Source of the DNA: Chiloscyllium plagiosum
Taxonomy: Eukaryota
NCBI RefSeq assembly: GCF_004010195.1
Contig: NC_057750.1
Coordinates: 8,337,294 to 8,401,293, forward strand
Reading direction: 5' to 3'
Length of the DNA: 64,000 nucleotides
The translations under genes and the position numbers were made by a program. This document shows positions 23,835 to 35,879 of the stretch, piece by piece (the first letter of the stretch is position 1; every line of letters begins with the position of its first letter). The notes beneath the pieces were generated by a model. That model did not search any database. It had not been told where the DNA came from and saw only the letters and a list, made by a program, of their open reading frames with translations.

Positions 23835-24560
23835 CGAGCCAATGGGTTGAGGAGTAGCAGATGGAGTTTAATTTAGATTAATGCGAGGTGCTGCATTTTG
23901 GGAAAGCAAATCTTAGCAGGACTTGTACACTCAATGGTAAAGTCCTAGGGAGTGTTGCTGAACAAAGAGACCTTGGATTGCAGGTCTGTAGCTCCTTGAA
24001 AGTAGAGTCACAGATAGATAGGATACTGAAGAAGGCGTTTGGTATGCTTTCCTTTATTGGTCAGAGCATTGAGTACGGGAGATTGTGCTGTGGCTGTCCA
24101 GGACATTGGTTAGGCCACTTTTGGAATATTGCATGCAATTCTGGTCTCCTTCCTTTCGGAAGGATGTTGTGAAACTTGAAAGGGTTCAGAAAAGATTTAT
24201 AGGGATGTTGCCAGGGTTAGAAGATTTGAGCTATAGGGAGAGGTTGAATAGGCTGGGGCTGTTTTCCCTGGAGTATTGGATGAGGGGTGACCTTATAGAG
24301 GTTTATAAAATCATGAGGGGCATGGATAGGGTAAATAGACAAGGTGTTTTCCCTGGGGTGGGGGAACTAGAGGACATAGGCTTAAGGTGAGAAGTGAGAG
24401 ATATAAAAGGCATCTGGATGGGTATATGAATAGGAAGGGTTTGAAGGGATATGGGCCAGGTGCTGGCAAATGGGACTAGATTGGGTTGGGCTATCTGATC
24501 GGCATGGATGAGTTGGTCCGAAGGGTCTGTTTCCGTGCTGTACATCTCTGACTCTATGAC
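23835..24560 (+). mobile_element. CR1 LINE 3' fragment
   Basis: LHFGKAN...QRDLG...KKAFGML...VRPLLEYCMQFWSP...RGDLIEVYKIMRG; CTATGAC tail. Confidence 0.9.
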
Positions 24561-24617
24561 CTCCCATGATATTGCCCAAGGTGAGCTGACCAACATCATG
24601 ATTTGTAATGATAGAGG

Positions 24618-25110
24618 TCATAGTCATAGAGATGGACAGCACAGAAACAGACCCTTCGGTCCAACCCGTCCATGCCGACCAGATATCCCAACCCAATCTA
24701 GTCCCACCTGCCAGCACCCAGCCCATATTCCTCCAAACCCTTCCTATTCATATACCCATCCAGATGCCTTTTAAATGTTGCAATTTTACAGCCTCCACCA
24801 CTTCCTCTGGTAGCCCATTCCATACACGTACCACCCTCTGCGTGACAAAGTTGCCCCTTAGGTCTCTTTTATACCTTTCCCCTCTCACCTTAAACCTATG
24901 CCCGCTAGTTCTGGGAACAGACCTTGATTATTTATCCTATCCACGCCCCTCATGATTTTATAAACCTCTCTAAGATCACCCCTCAGCCTCTGACGTTCCA
25001 GGGAAAACAGCCCCAGCCTATTTAGCCTTTGCTTGTATCTCAAATTCTTCAACCCTGTCAACTTCCTTGTAAATCTTTTTTGAACCCTCTCAAGTTTCAC
25101 GACATCCTTC
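24618..25110 (-). mobile_element. CR1 LINE 3' fragment, tail-to-tail with the previous copy
   Basis: ORF 24885-25100 KLERVQKRFTRKL...RGDLREVYKIMRG; starts with the reverse-complement tail GTCATAGTCATAGAG. Confidence 0.9.
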
Positions 25111-25369
25111 TAATAGGATGCTAGCAGCAAAGTGTGATTTTAGCGTTCTTGCATAAAGTGCATGCAATATTCAAGGTTCTGAATAAAGATCATACAATTT
25201 CAATTAAATATCTTTTTGCTTTCAAAAGTCTGTTACTGTCTGCATCGGCTGTGATCCTGTCAGAATGGACACTATTGCTTTCTTTTCTTCTGGGGACATG
25301 GTTGTCTTTGAAGATGCAATTGTTGGGGTTGATTTACAGGAAAGTCAGGACTATGTAATATCCATGTCT

Positions 25370-25670
25370 TGGTAGCCCTTACCTTCGAATCAGCAAGTTG
25401 TGGGTACAATTCTCACTCAATTTGCATTGACCTTCCCAGGGCACAATACTGTGGGAGTGCCACCCTGTCAGAGGTGCTGTATTTTGGATGAGGGGGATAC
25501 AAATGATCCCCAGTGGACTTTCTAATATTTATGGCTCCGTCAGTGGGAGCTTTCTGGATATGAATTGGTTGCTACATTGCAATCATTGGCTACATAAACT
25601 TACATTATTAGTTAGAAATTATTTTGAGCCATCCTGAGATTGTAAAAGGTGCTATACAAAAGCAAGGCTT
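25370..25670 (+). mobile_element. Deu-domain SINE, degraded
   Basis: GGGAGTGCCACCCTGTCAGAGGTGCTGTATTTTGGATGAG...ATCCTGAGATTGTAAAAGGTGCTATACAAAAGCAAG. Confidence 0.65.
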
Positions 25671-25769
25671 TTGTCATAGAAACAAATACATTTGATGATC
25701 CTTTTTCACCCAGACCATGACGACCCTAATTTATCCTCTTACCCACTCCAAGAAATCTGTCAGTTTCTT

Positions 25770-27385
25770 TATGGATTAACATACACCAAGAGTGAGCTAC
25801 AGAATGGAATGTAATCAGGGGGATCAGTGGGTTTGTGTATGTAATCACAGATACCCTGGAGTGAGTAACAGACTGAGATCTTTAGTTTAATTTGGCATCA
25901 TGTTCGGCACAACATCGTGGTCTGAGGGCCTGTTCCTGTGCTGTACAGTTCTATGTTCTATCTAATCGAGAGGTTCAGAGGGATTAATATATAGAATAAC
26001 AGATAAGCAGGAGTGAATTGCAGACTGGGATCTAATCGGGTTTATGTAGAGAATAACAGACACCCAGGAGTGAGTTATCGACTGGAATCCAATTGAGGGG
26101 TTCAAGTGAGATTTTAATTGTTGAATTTCCCATTGCTCTCCTATTTAGGGTTTATTTTTACTTAAACTTATAATATGCTCCTAATGATTCCCTTGCTGAC
26201 CCTGATTCCAGGCTGTAGCTCACTGTTAGTCATCTCTGACCCTTTATGTGCAGCTCAGTTCCTCACATCGAATGGCCCCATGGTACCGATTCTCATTAGA
26301 AATGCGGCATTAAACAACGCATCCCCATTTTCAGCAGCCCCTACCAACACCCTAGTCACCAGCTGTTTGCAAACTGGTCTTTTTGGCCACTCTGAATACC
26401 GGTATCCAGCAGAATCCAGGCTCAGAGGACTGGATTGTTCCACAAAAAAACTGCCTCACTTTTATATTAGTCATTTGTTATCTTAATGGTATCTTGCTTT
26501 GTGCAACCTTATTTTCTGATCCCAAGCTACTTATTTCCATCCCTGAGAGTATTTTGAACAGAAGTCTTTTGAAGTGCCCAAGTGGATTGGATATCTGAAT
26601 TGTGAATGTCAATCACAACTGTACAATTGGGGGCAAAAACACAAATTGCTGCCAGACTTGCTGAGCTTTTCCAGCAATTTCTGTTTATATTTCTGATTTC
26701 CAGAATCTGCAGTTCTTTTGTTTATTTTTGTATAATCAGGGGATTCCACTTGGTTTACATACAGAATGACAGATACCTGGGAGTGAGTTACAGACTGAAA
26801 TCTAATTGAGAGGTTCAAGGGCTTTATATACAGAATGACAGATAACCTGGGAGTGAATTACAGATGAGAATCTGATGGAGGAATTCAGGTGGTTTCTATA
26901 TAATAACAGACACCTGGGAGTGAGTTACAGACTGGTATCTAATTGAGGGGTTCAGTAGGGTTTATATATAGAAAACAGATACTCGGGAGTGAGATACAGA
27001 CTGGAATCTAATTGAGGGGTTTGTGTGGTTTATATATAGAATAGCAGATACCTGAGAGTGAGTTACAAACTGGAAACTAATTAAGGGGTTTGTGTAGTTT
27101 ATACATAGAATAGCAGATACCTGGGAGTGAGTTACAGACTGGAATCTAATTGAGTTTGGGACTTGCATAGAACTTTTAAAAACTCATGTATATATAATTC
27201 TTTCTAAGACTACCTGAAATACTTTGTACATGTAGTCATTGCTGTAATGACAGAACTGAATCCTGGGGCTGAGTTCCAGACTGGAATGTAATTGGATGCT
27301 TAGAATATTAATGTTCAGAGTAATTCATATTGTGGAGCAGGTTACAGGCTGCTCTGTAATTGAAGGGTTTAAGTTAACCAGATTG
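25770..27385 (+). repeat. ~69-bp minisatellite in two blocks (~25770-26110 and ~26730-27385)
   Basis: Unit approx. TATATAGAATAACAGATACCTGGGAGTGAGTTACAGACTGGAATCTAATTGAGGGGTTCAGTGGTT. GGAGTGAGTTACAG-like words recur near 26780, 26850, 26917, 26986, 27055 and 27124. Confidence 0.9.
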
Positions 27386-28349
27386 TTATGGGAACTCAGT
27401 GATTGAAAGTTTAGCTCCTAATCCTGTCTTACAAACGCATTTGTTAATATCACTGCAATGTGGTAACAGAGCAAAAAACTTTGTATTCATTTCCTTGGGG
27501 ATATTTTTCTGATCCCTCACCATAAACCCAGAGACATGAGACACTTTCTGGTATGAAGCTGGGGCTCTCATTGGGTCTAATGCCCAAATTCCTGCAGACA
27601 ACTGGGAGAACCCTCAGGCTCTGAGTCCCATTGCATCCCTGCTCTAATTATTGATGGAAATGTTGACCGAGACCTTCATCAAGTAATGGAACGATGAAGC
27701 ATGAACACACAAGTCTTCATGCATCCTGTTTTCACTTGCTCCATTGACCTGTACTTGAAAAGCAGTGAAGCTAAGGAGAGGGTAAAGACTGTCCCATTTC
27801 ACTCCTGGGCACTAGTACTTACTCTGCCATTAGATGAGCAGTCTTAGGTAGAACTCTTGCTTCTTAACCAAAGGATTGATGGTTGAGGGACTTAGTTGAG
27901 GCTAACACTCCCAGTGCAGTGCTGAGGCTTTGCCACTCGCTCCTGGATTGTCCTGGTGCAGATTTGGTCCATCGTGCCTGCGTCAGTTCTATTCCCTTGT
28001 GTCAGTCTCCTGACTTCTCCTCAAATCCCTGCACATTGTTTCTATCCAAATAACCACCCAGTTCCCTCTTGAATGTTACAATTAAACCTGCCTCCACCAC
28101 TTTTTCAGGCAGAGCATTCCAGATCCTGACTACTTGATTTGTGAAGTAAGACTTTTCTCACATGACCATTGTTTTGTTTTGAGATCACTAAGTGTATGGC
28201 GTCTCATTCTTTATTTTCCAAATGGGAACGATTGCTCCCTGTGCACACTATCCAGCCATACGGTCGTAGAGGTCTACCTTCGGCCCATCAAGCCTGTGGT
28301 GATCAAAGTCAAGCATTTAAATATTCTACATTTATGATTTTGGAAGTCT

Positions 28350-30070
28350 CTATTAACTTTCCACTATGGAACAGAGGAATTAGGAGTAGGCCATTCAACC
28401 CTTTGAGCCCACTCTGCCATTTAACGTGATCAAGGCTGATCTTATCCTGGTCTCAGCTCTATTTTCCTGCCTGTTCCCCATAGCCCTTTATCCCACTTTT
28501 TAATAGAAACATATCTTTTTATCTCTAGAATTTGTTGATTGATTCTGCCTGTGCTGTACTCTGGGGGAGTGAGTCCCACAGATTCACAACCCCCTGAGAG
28601 AAGTAGTTTTCTCATCTCCGTTTTGAACCTATCTCCTCTAACTCTCTATATAGAGTCAGAGATGTACAGCATGGAAACAAACCCTTCGGTCCAGCTTATC
28701 CATGCCGACCAGATATCCCAATCCAAACTAGTCCCACCTGCCAGCACCTGGCTCATATCCCTCCAAACCCTTCCTATTCATATACCCATCCAAATGCCTC
28801 TTAAATGTTGCAATTGTACCAGCCTCCACCTCTTCCTCTGGCAGCTCATTCAATACATGTACTACCCTCTGCGTGAAAAAGTTGCCCCTTGGGTCCCTTT
28901 TAATTTTTTCCCCCCTCACCCTGCACCTATGCCCTCTAGTTCTAGGCTCCCCCACACCTGTAGAAGGGCTAATGCCCGAAACGTCGATTCTCCTGTTCCC
29001 TAGATGCTGCCTGACCTGCTGCGCTTCTCCAGCAACACATCTCTGACCAATAAAGGAAAGCATATCAAACACATTCTTCACTATCCTATCTACCTGCTAC
29101 TCCACTTTCAAGGAGCTATGAACCTGCACTCCAAAGTCTCTTTGTTCAGCAACACTCCCTAGGCCCTTACCATTAAGTGTATAAGTCCTGCTAAGATTTG
29201 TTTTCCCAAAATGCAGCACCTTGCATTTATCTGAATTAAACTCCACCTGCCACTTCTGACCCCATTGGCCTATCTGGTCAAGATACTGTTGTAATCTGAG
29301 GTATCCCTCTTCGCTGTCGACTACACCTCCAATTTTGGTGTCATCTACAAACTTACTTACTGTACCTCTTATGCTCGCACCCAAATCATTTATGTAAATG
29401 ACAAAAAGTAGAGGACCCATCACCGATCCTTGTGGCTCTCCACTGGTCACAGGCCTCCAGTCTGAAAAACAACCCTCCACCACCACCCTCTGTCTTCTAC
29501 CTTTGGGCCAGTTCTGTATCCAAATCTATGACCTCTTGTTGTGGACTGTCCCACAAGGGGAACATCTGTTCAACGTCCACTTTATCAATCCCCTGTATTC
29601 CCCTTTAGCATTTTATAGAGTCAATCAGATGACTCCAGCCCCTACCCCCCAATTCCTCTGAACTCTAGCAAGCACAAGCCCAAGCTATTCAACTTTTGAG
29701 AGCCTGTTCATCCCTGGAATCAATTGGTGAACCTCCTCTGAACTGTCTCCAGTGCCACCATATCCTCCTCCAAGTAAGGAGATCAAAACTGGACACTGTA
29801 TTCCTCATGTAGTCTCAAGTCATTTTGCAATAAATGCCAACGTTCTGTTTGCCTTTCTTATTATATACTGCACCTACAGACCCACTTTCTTCAATGCATG
29901 AACAAGAACATCTAGATCCCTCTGCACTGATGCACTTTGAATCTGCTTTCCATTTAAATAATAGTTTGCCTTTTGTTTTTCCTTCTAAAATGGATAACCT
30001 CACAATTATCCACATTAAACTCCCTCTGCCAGATTCTGGTCCATTCTCCTAGCCTATCAATATCCATTTG
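28350..30070 (-). mobile_element. Nested CR1 LINEs (younger copy ~28650-29525 inside an older copy)
   Basis: ORF 29097-29486 SDWRPVTSGEPQGSVMGPLLFVIYINDL...SKFVDDTKIGG...LQQYLD...W...FNSDKCKVLHFG is the CR1 RT core. The older CR1 continues on both sides. Confidence 0.9.
28955..29040 (+). mobile_element. Family-A PLE pseudo-LTR fragment with hammerhead-like core, inside CR1
   Basis: CTGTAGA-A-GGGC-TAAT-GCCC-GAAAC-GTC-GATTCTCCTG...GATGCTGCCTGACCTGCTG. Confidence 0.7.
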
Positions 30071-30129
30071 TAAACTCCTTATCTCCTCCTCATAGCCGGC
30101 TTTCTGACCTATTTTAGAATCATAACAAG

Positions 30130-31020
30130 CTGCCTTTGCACCATGGGGAACAGACCCAACTTCTTCAATTTATCTTCATAACTGGAGTTGCTCATTCCTG
30201 GAGCCATTCTAGTGAATTGCTCCTATATTTCTATAATGCATCCACATATTTCAGATATTGTGGTGTCCAAAGCTGTACACAATACTCCAGATAAGGTCTA
30301 GTAGTGTCCATTACAAGTTCAATATCACCTGTATTCTATGCTCCAATGAATAAAATTGAGGGCAAAGTATGCCTTATGAACTGTTCTCTCTACCTGTCCT
30401 ACCATCTTCATGATCTGTGATCTGATATGTCCAGGTCCCAATGCTCCTGCTCTCTTCAGAGTCGTACACGCTATTTATATTGTCTTGCAACATTCTTCCT
30501 ATGAAATGCTTGTACTTCTCTGCATTGAACCTCATCTGCGACCTAGTCCACCAATTTGTAACCATCCATAGATTCTGTCCTGTGGTATTAATTGTTAAGC
30601 TGAGATCTTTCTGCCCTATCTGGTGGATTTCCTCACATTATTACAGGGACTACACTTCAAAAGTACACAATTTAGTGTCAAGTGCTTTAGAACATCCTGA
30701 GATTGTGGAAGGAGCTACATAAATGCAATTCACTCATCACTGTCCTATTTATTGCCTCCAGTTCTTGATGTCCCCATAAATGAAAATGTCTTCTTTTGTA
30801 TTTATCCTGTCAGAACCATCTCATAACATTAAAGACTCCCATCGATCGTGTCTCTCTCTCTCTCTCTCTCTCTTCAATCTTCCTAGATAGTTACAACCTT
30901 CTGAATTTTGGTATCCGTCCAATAATTTTTTATTTGCATTCTCTCCAATGTTTCTATGTCTGGTCAGTAACATAGAGAACAGGACTGCTAACCTGGCTCC
31001 TAATATGATCTAACCAAGGT
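30130..31020 (-). mobile_element. Old CR1 fragments with an embedded Deu-SINE/L2-type tail (~30570-30730, +)
   Basis: Minus ORF W...QMRFNAEKYK; plus-strand GACTACACTTCAAAAGTAC...CATCCTGAGATTGTGGAAGGAGCTACATAAATGCAA. Confidence 0.5.
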
Positions 31021-31439
31021 TCTTGCGCCATTCTTCACTGGTGAGGCTACTCAGTGGGTGCTAGCATTAATGAGTGGCAAAGCCTGATCCTGCACGTCAG
31101 ATATCAATGGGTAGCATCACTGAATCAAGAGTAACAGCAAACGTGGCAGAAATAATTAACTTTTCTGTTAGATTTCGAAGTGGGATTTTTTTCCCATTTT
31201 GTCTCAAGTGGTCCAATCTCATGCCAGCTGACACAAGTAGCTATTTTGAATTGACTTGTTCAGGTATGGTACACCCTCTGGAGCAGGTGGGACTTGAACC
31301 TGGGCCTCATGCCTCAGAGTCAGAGATGCTACTTCCTGGCTACATTATTAAATTGGGTCTGCAGATTTAACCATCATAGTGACATTGCCACTCTGTCACC
31401 ATCTCCTCATTTTGTAGGTTTGTATTCACCTGAATACAG

Positions 31440-32040
31440 AACGTTACGGGTGAACCGATTGAGGCTATTAAGACAATTTAAGGCTTTGACAGAGTAGAGA
31501 AAGAGAGATAAATTAATTTCATATGTTGGCAGCATACCGAGAAGGAGGGTCAGAGCTTCAATGAGAGCCAACCCATTCAGGGTGATGTCAAGTAGGTCTT
31601 CAAAGGAAAATGGAAATTTGGACGACTCAACTCCAAAACTATGTAATATTTGGACACACAATAACTTAATGTGTCCAAAAGTCATTAGTGTTTAGAAGAA
31701 TGAACCACACAAAATTCTGAGGGGGCTTGACAAGGAGAATATTGCCCGTTATGGGAAATCTAGAACTAGGGTTTCAAAACAGGGTGTTTTCCCATTTGAG
31801 AAGAAAGGGAGGTCTATTTTTCCCCTGAGGGTTATTAACCTTTGGAATTCACTACTTCAGACAGAGCAGTAGAGACCTGGTCACTGAATATATTCGAGAC
31901 AGATTTTTGATCGATGCGGGAGTCAAAGGTTTTTGGGAGGGCCAGGGAGAAAAATGGAGTTTAGGTCACAGTCAGATCTTCCATGATCATATCGAATGGC
32001 AAGGCAGGTTTTAGGGGCCAAATGGCCTGCTCGTGTTCGA
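31440..32040 (+). mobile_element. Old CR1 3' fragments
   Basis: AAAATTCTGAGGGGGCTTGACA...AACCTTTGGAATTC...GGGGCCAAATGGCCTGCTC. Confidence 0.6.
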
Positions 32041-32049
32041 AAAGCCGGC

Positions 32050-32770
32050 AGTCATAGAGATGTGCAGCACACAAACAGACTTTTTGGTCCAACTCCCCCA
32101 TCCTGACCTTTTATCCTAATAATCTAATCCCTTTGCTAGCATTTGGCTCATATTCTTCTAAACCCTTCCTATCTATGTACCCATCCAGATGCCTTTTAAA
32201 TGCTCTAATTGTACCAGCCTCCACACTACCTCTGGCAGCTCATTCCATTTACCCTCTGCATGAAAATTTAATTCCTTAGGTCTCTTAAATCTTTTCCCTC
32301 TCACCTTAAACCTATACCCTCTACTTTTGTTCTTCTCTACCTTAGGAAAAAGACCTTGGTTTTCACCCTATCCATGTCCCTAATGATTTTATAAACTTCT
32401 ATGAGGTCACCTCACTCAGCCTTCAACCCTCTAAGGAAAATAGCCCCAGCCTATTCAGCCTCTTCCTACAGCTTAAAACCTCCAACTCTGGTAACATCCT
32501 TTTAAGTCTTCTCTGCACCTTTCAAGTTTTGCAATATCCTTCCTATAGCAGGGAGACCAGAATTGATTGCTGAATTCCAAAAGTGGCCTAACCAATGTCC
32601 TGTACAGCCGCAGCATGACCTTCCAATTCCCATACTCGATGCACTGACCAATAAAGGAAGTGTATCAAATGCTTTCTTCACTATCCTGTCTACCTGTGAC
32701 TCCTCCTTCAAGGAACTATGAACCTGCACTCTAAGGTCTCTTTGTTCGGCAATGCTCCTCAGGACCTCAG
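32050..32770 (-). mobile_element. CR1 LINE 3' fragment
   Basis: ORF 32502-32840 LRSIAEQRDLRVQVHSSLK...DRIVKKAF; reverse-complement tail GTCATAGAGATG at 32051. Confidence 0.85.
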
Positions 32771-33544
32771 CCGATTGAACTTGTGAAAACCAAAGGTGAC
32801 GAGCAGTCTTTAAGCAAAGACGCTGAGGGTTAAAGTTCAAAGATGGGCATGTTGGAATTAAAATAGAGCCATGGCTTTGTTGACCAGAGGGATAGGCTCA
32901 AGGGGCCTGAAGGGCCTCATCCTTTACCTAAGTACACAGTAGTCATCATTGACAGAAGGGAGCCAGTATCCCTCTGTATCCTTCTACCTCCACCTCATTT
33001 ATTCTGCACAGTGACTGGATGTTCCTTTCATGAGTTTGTATATTATAGAACCGTGTCAGTTTAGCACAGTGTTTACTCTGTGAAAACGAGCAGTGTACAG
33101 TTTTAATGCTCTTGACTCCTTGGAGATTTACAGTAATATGTGTGAAAGGCAAATATTGCACTTACTGCATGTGGATCGGATCAGGTGCTTTCTCCCCATA
33201 TGCAGCCGTGAAGAAGTAATTGTCAAAATTGTATTTTTCATGCTGCTTTTTATCACTCCACCTTGCACAAAGACCCCTTTCACCATCAACCTGATGTGTT
33301 AAAGGGAAGGTGCTTTTTGATCACTGACAGAAATATTACTGTCGAAGGAAGATATTCTCACACTGAGCAATGCTCCTTCAGCAGAATCCTAGCCAATAGT
33401 GACCCCTCATATAAACTTTATTTTTTTTTAAAAATTCTCCGGTCATTACATCATTGTGGAATCTTGATGTGTGCACGTTGGAAGCCCCCTCCCTCCCCAG
33501 TTCTAAATTATAACAATGAGTTTACTTGAGAAAAACATAGGACT

Positions 33545-33890
33545 TGAATCATCAAAGGATCCCTACAGTGTGGAAGCAGGCCATTCGGCCCATTGCGTCC
33601 AAACTGACCCTCCGAAAAGCATGCCACCCGGACGCAACCTCTACTCTGTTCCTGTAATCCTGGACTTCCCATGGCAAATCCACCGAGCCTTCATATTCCT
33701 GGACATAGCATGACTAATCCACCCTAACCTGCACATCTTTGGACTATGGGAGGAAACCAGAGCACCCGGACGAAACCCACGCATACACTAGGAGAATGTG
33801 CAAACTCCACAGACAGTCACCCGAGGCTGGAATTGAACCAGGGTCCCTGGTGCCGTGAGGCAGCAGTGCTAACTACTGAGCCACCGTGCT
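33545..33890 (-). mobile_element. HE1-type V-SINE
   Basis: CTAACCTGCACATCTTTGGACT...GTGCAAACTCCACACAGACAG...GAGGCAGCAGTGCTAAC. Confidence 0.85.
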
Positions 33891-33929
33891 GCTCAATTGC
33901 AGGGAAGCTGAACGTTTTCGTCTCTTTTA

Positions 33930-34280
33930 TTTCTTCATGGGATGCAGGTATCACCTACAAGGCCAGCATTTGTTGCCCGAACCCAGTTGCCCTTGAATTT
34001 GGCCATTTCTGAGGGCATTTAAGAGTTAACACCATCGCTGTGGGTCTGGAGTCATGTGTGGGCAGACTGGGTAAAGATGCTTAATATCCTTTCCTAAAGG
34101 GCATGAGTGAATCCAGGTGGGGTTTTAGCAACAATTGATGATAGTTCTTTTGGTCGCTATGGCTGAGAGTGCCTTTTCAATTCCAGATTGTATCACTTGA
34201 ATTCAAATTCCACCAGTTGCTGCGGTGGCATTTGAACCCATGTCCCCAGATACCTGTCGATTACTACGCCAGTGACTTGC
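33930..34280 (-). mobile_element. SINE-X
   Basis: TTCATGGGATG...GGCCAGCATTTGTTGCCC...GTGGGTCTGGAGTCATG...GAATTCAAATTCCACC...TTTGAACCCA. Confidence 0.7.
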
Positions 34281-35114
34281 TGTTATCATAGATTATCTAC
34301 AATGTGGAAGCAAGCCATTCGTCCTACCAAATCCAGGCCTTCCGAGCAATCCAATGCCTGTTAGTCCGCATTTCCTATGGCCTTTCCACCCCATCTGCAC
34401 ATCCCTGGACACATTGGGCAATTTAGCATTACCAATCCACCCTAACCTATGCCACTAGTCTCCCCAGTTGTGTGTCAGCAAACACACTGATGAAGCACCT
34501 GGGATGTTTTTACTGTATGAAAGACGCTATACAAATGAACGTTTTTGTACTTGGCAATGCTGCACATGGAATTTCAATTCAAAATATTGACTGTCAAGCT
34601 GCTTTGAACCTGCAGATTTTTATGTATTTTATTTTGAATTTTTTGGTAACTTGCAATTCTATAGTGTTTTAGAGCACAAGTGTGGCCTCAGCCTGACCTT
34701 AGAGCACCAGTCTCCTTTGGCTATATGGTTTAACATTCTCCACAAAGCATTGCCAACTTTCTAGGATTGCCTTGGGATCCCCAGAAGTTAAAGATCAGTG
34801 TGCCAGAAGCAAAGCCCATGAGAGCAATCGATAAATCTGGCAAGTTTTTTTTTTGAAAGATCCATTATTTATTTAGTTACAACGATTTTTGTATGGTAGC
34901 TGGAAGGCTGTTGGACTGGGTGGGGCATCTGGAGGTGGGAGGTCACGTGATCAAAGCTCCAGGGTATGTTGGGCTGTATGGTGGCGTGATAGCTAACGAT
35001 CTGCCACTTAGCTCTCGTAATGAATTGGGGGTCATGTTGTACTTCAAAGCGTTTTTATTGTAGCTTCTGGTACTTAGGCTTGTATATTGCAACTATTACT
35101 TTGAAGTCAAGCAA

Positions 35115-35660
35115 GGAAGGCAATGGACTAGTGATATTATCACTGGACTATTATTCCGGGGAGAGTGTGTTGCTGGGAAAGCACAGCAGGTCAGGCAGCA
35201 TCCGAAAAGCAGGAGAATCGACGTTTCGGGCATAACACCTTCATCAGGAATGACAATTCCTTATGAAGGCCTTATGCCTGAAATGTCGATTCTCCTGCTT
35301 CTCGGATGCTGCCTGACCTGCTGTGCTTTCCGAGCAACCCACTCTCGACTCTGATCTGCAGTCCTCACTTTCTCCTATTATTCCGGGGACCCCAGGTCAA
35401 ATCTTGCCATGGCAGATGGTGGAATTTGAATCCAGTAAAAATCTGGAACGAAGAGTTTAATGGTGAACATGAATCCATTGTCGTTTGTTGGTAAAAACAT
35501 TCTTTAGGCAGGAAACTGGCATCCTTACCTCGTCTGGCCTACATGTGACTCCAGGCCAGCAGCAATGTCATTGACTCTCAACAGCCCTCTGGGATAGGCA
35601 AGAAATGTTGGTAAATAAATTCTCTCCTAGCCAGTGACACCCTCATTCCGTAAATGAGTA
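35115..35660 (+). mobile_element. SINE-X interrupted by a palindromic PLE mini-element
   Basis: Head GGCAATGGACTAGTGATATTATCACTGGACTATT resumes after 35375 and runs to the GCCAGTGACACCCTCATTCCGTAAATGA tail. Confidence 0.75.
35163..35374. mobile_element. Palindromic PLE pseudo-LTR mini-element (hammerhead family A) with 15-bp TSD
   Basis: Exact CTATTATTCCGGGGA at 35148-35162 and 35375-35389. ~90-bp inverted arms surround a tiny loop. Minus-strand core CTGATGA...GAAACGTC at 35247-35220. Confidence 0.85.
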
Positions 35661-35879
35661 AGAGAATAAGCTAAGCAATTTAGATGCACTGGAGCACTCT
35701 TCCTCAGTGTGTCATGCTGGAAGGGGTCAGAGCTCAGTAAAAATGGGGACTGAGAGCTTTATAGTTATTTTGTACCAGGGCTTGTGGACTTGAGACTGTA
35801 TGGTGTGTTTGTAGCCAAGTGTAGTTCTTTCCCCAGTATCTATATATAACAACATATTCACTCATTCACTCTCTTCACA

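Noticed and set aside
26175..26486. Unique segment with overlapping ORFs inside the minisatellite
   Set aside because: Short, with no recognisable motif, splice pattern or terminal repeats that I could support.
26730..27160. Regularly spaced repeats resembling a CRISPR array
   Set aside because: The whole ~69-bp unit repeats with no unique spacers, there are no cas genes, and the context is vertebrate. It is a minisatellite.
29097..29486. RT ORF as an active retroelement gene
   Set aside because: 5'-truncated fragment with an altered catalytic-region motif (FVDD) and interruptions; a fossil CR1.
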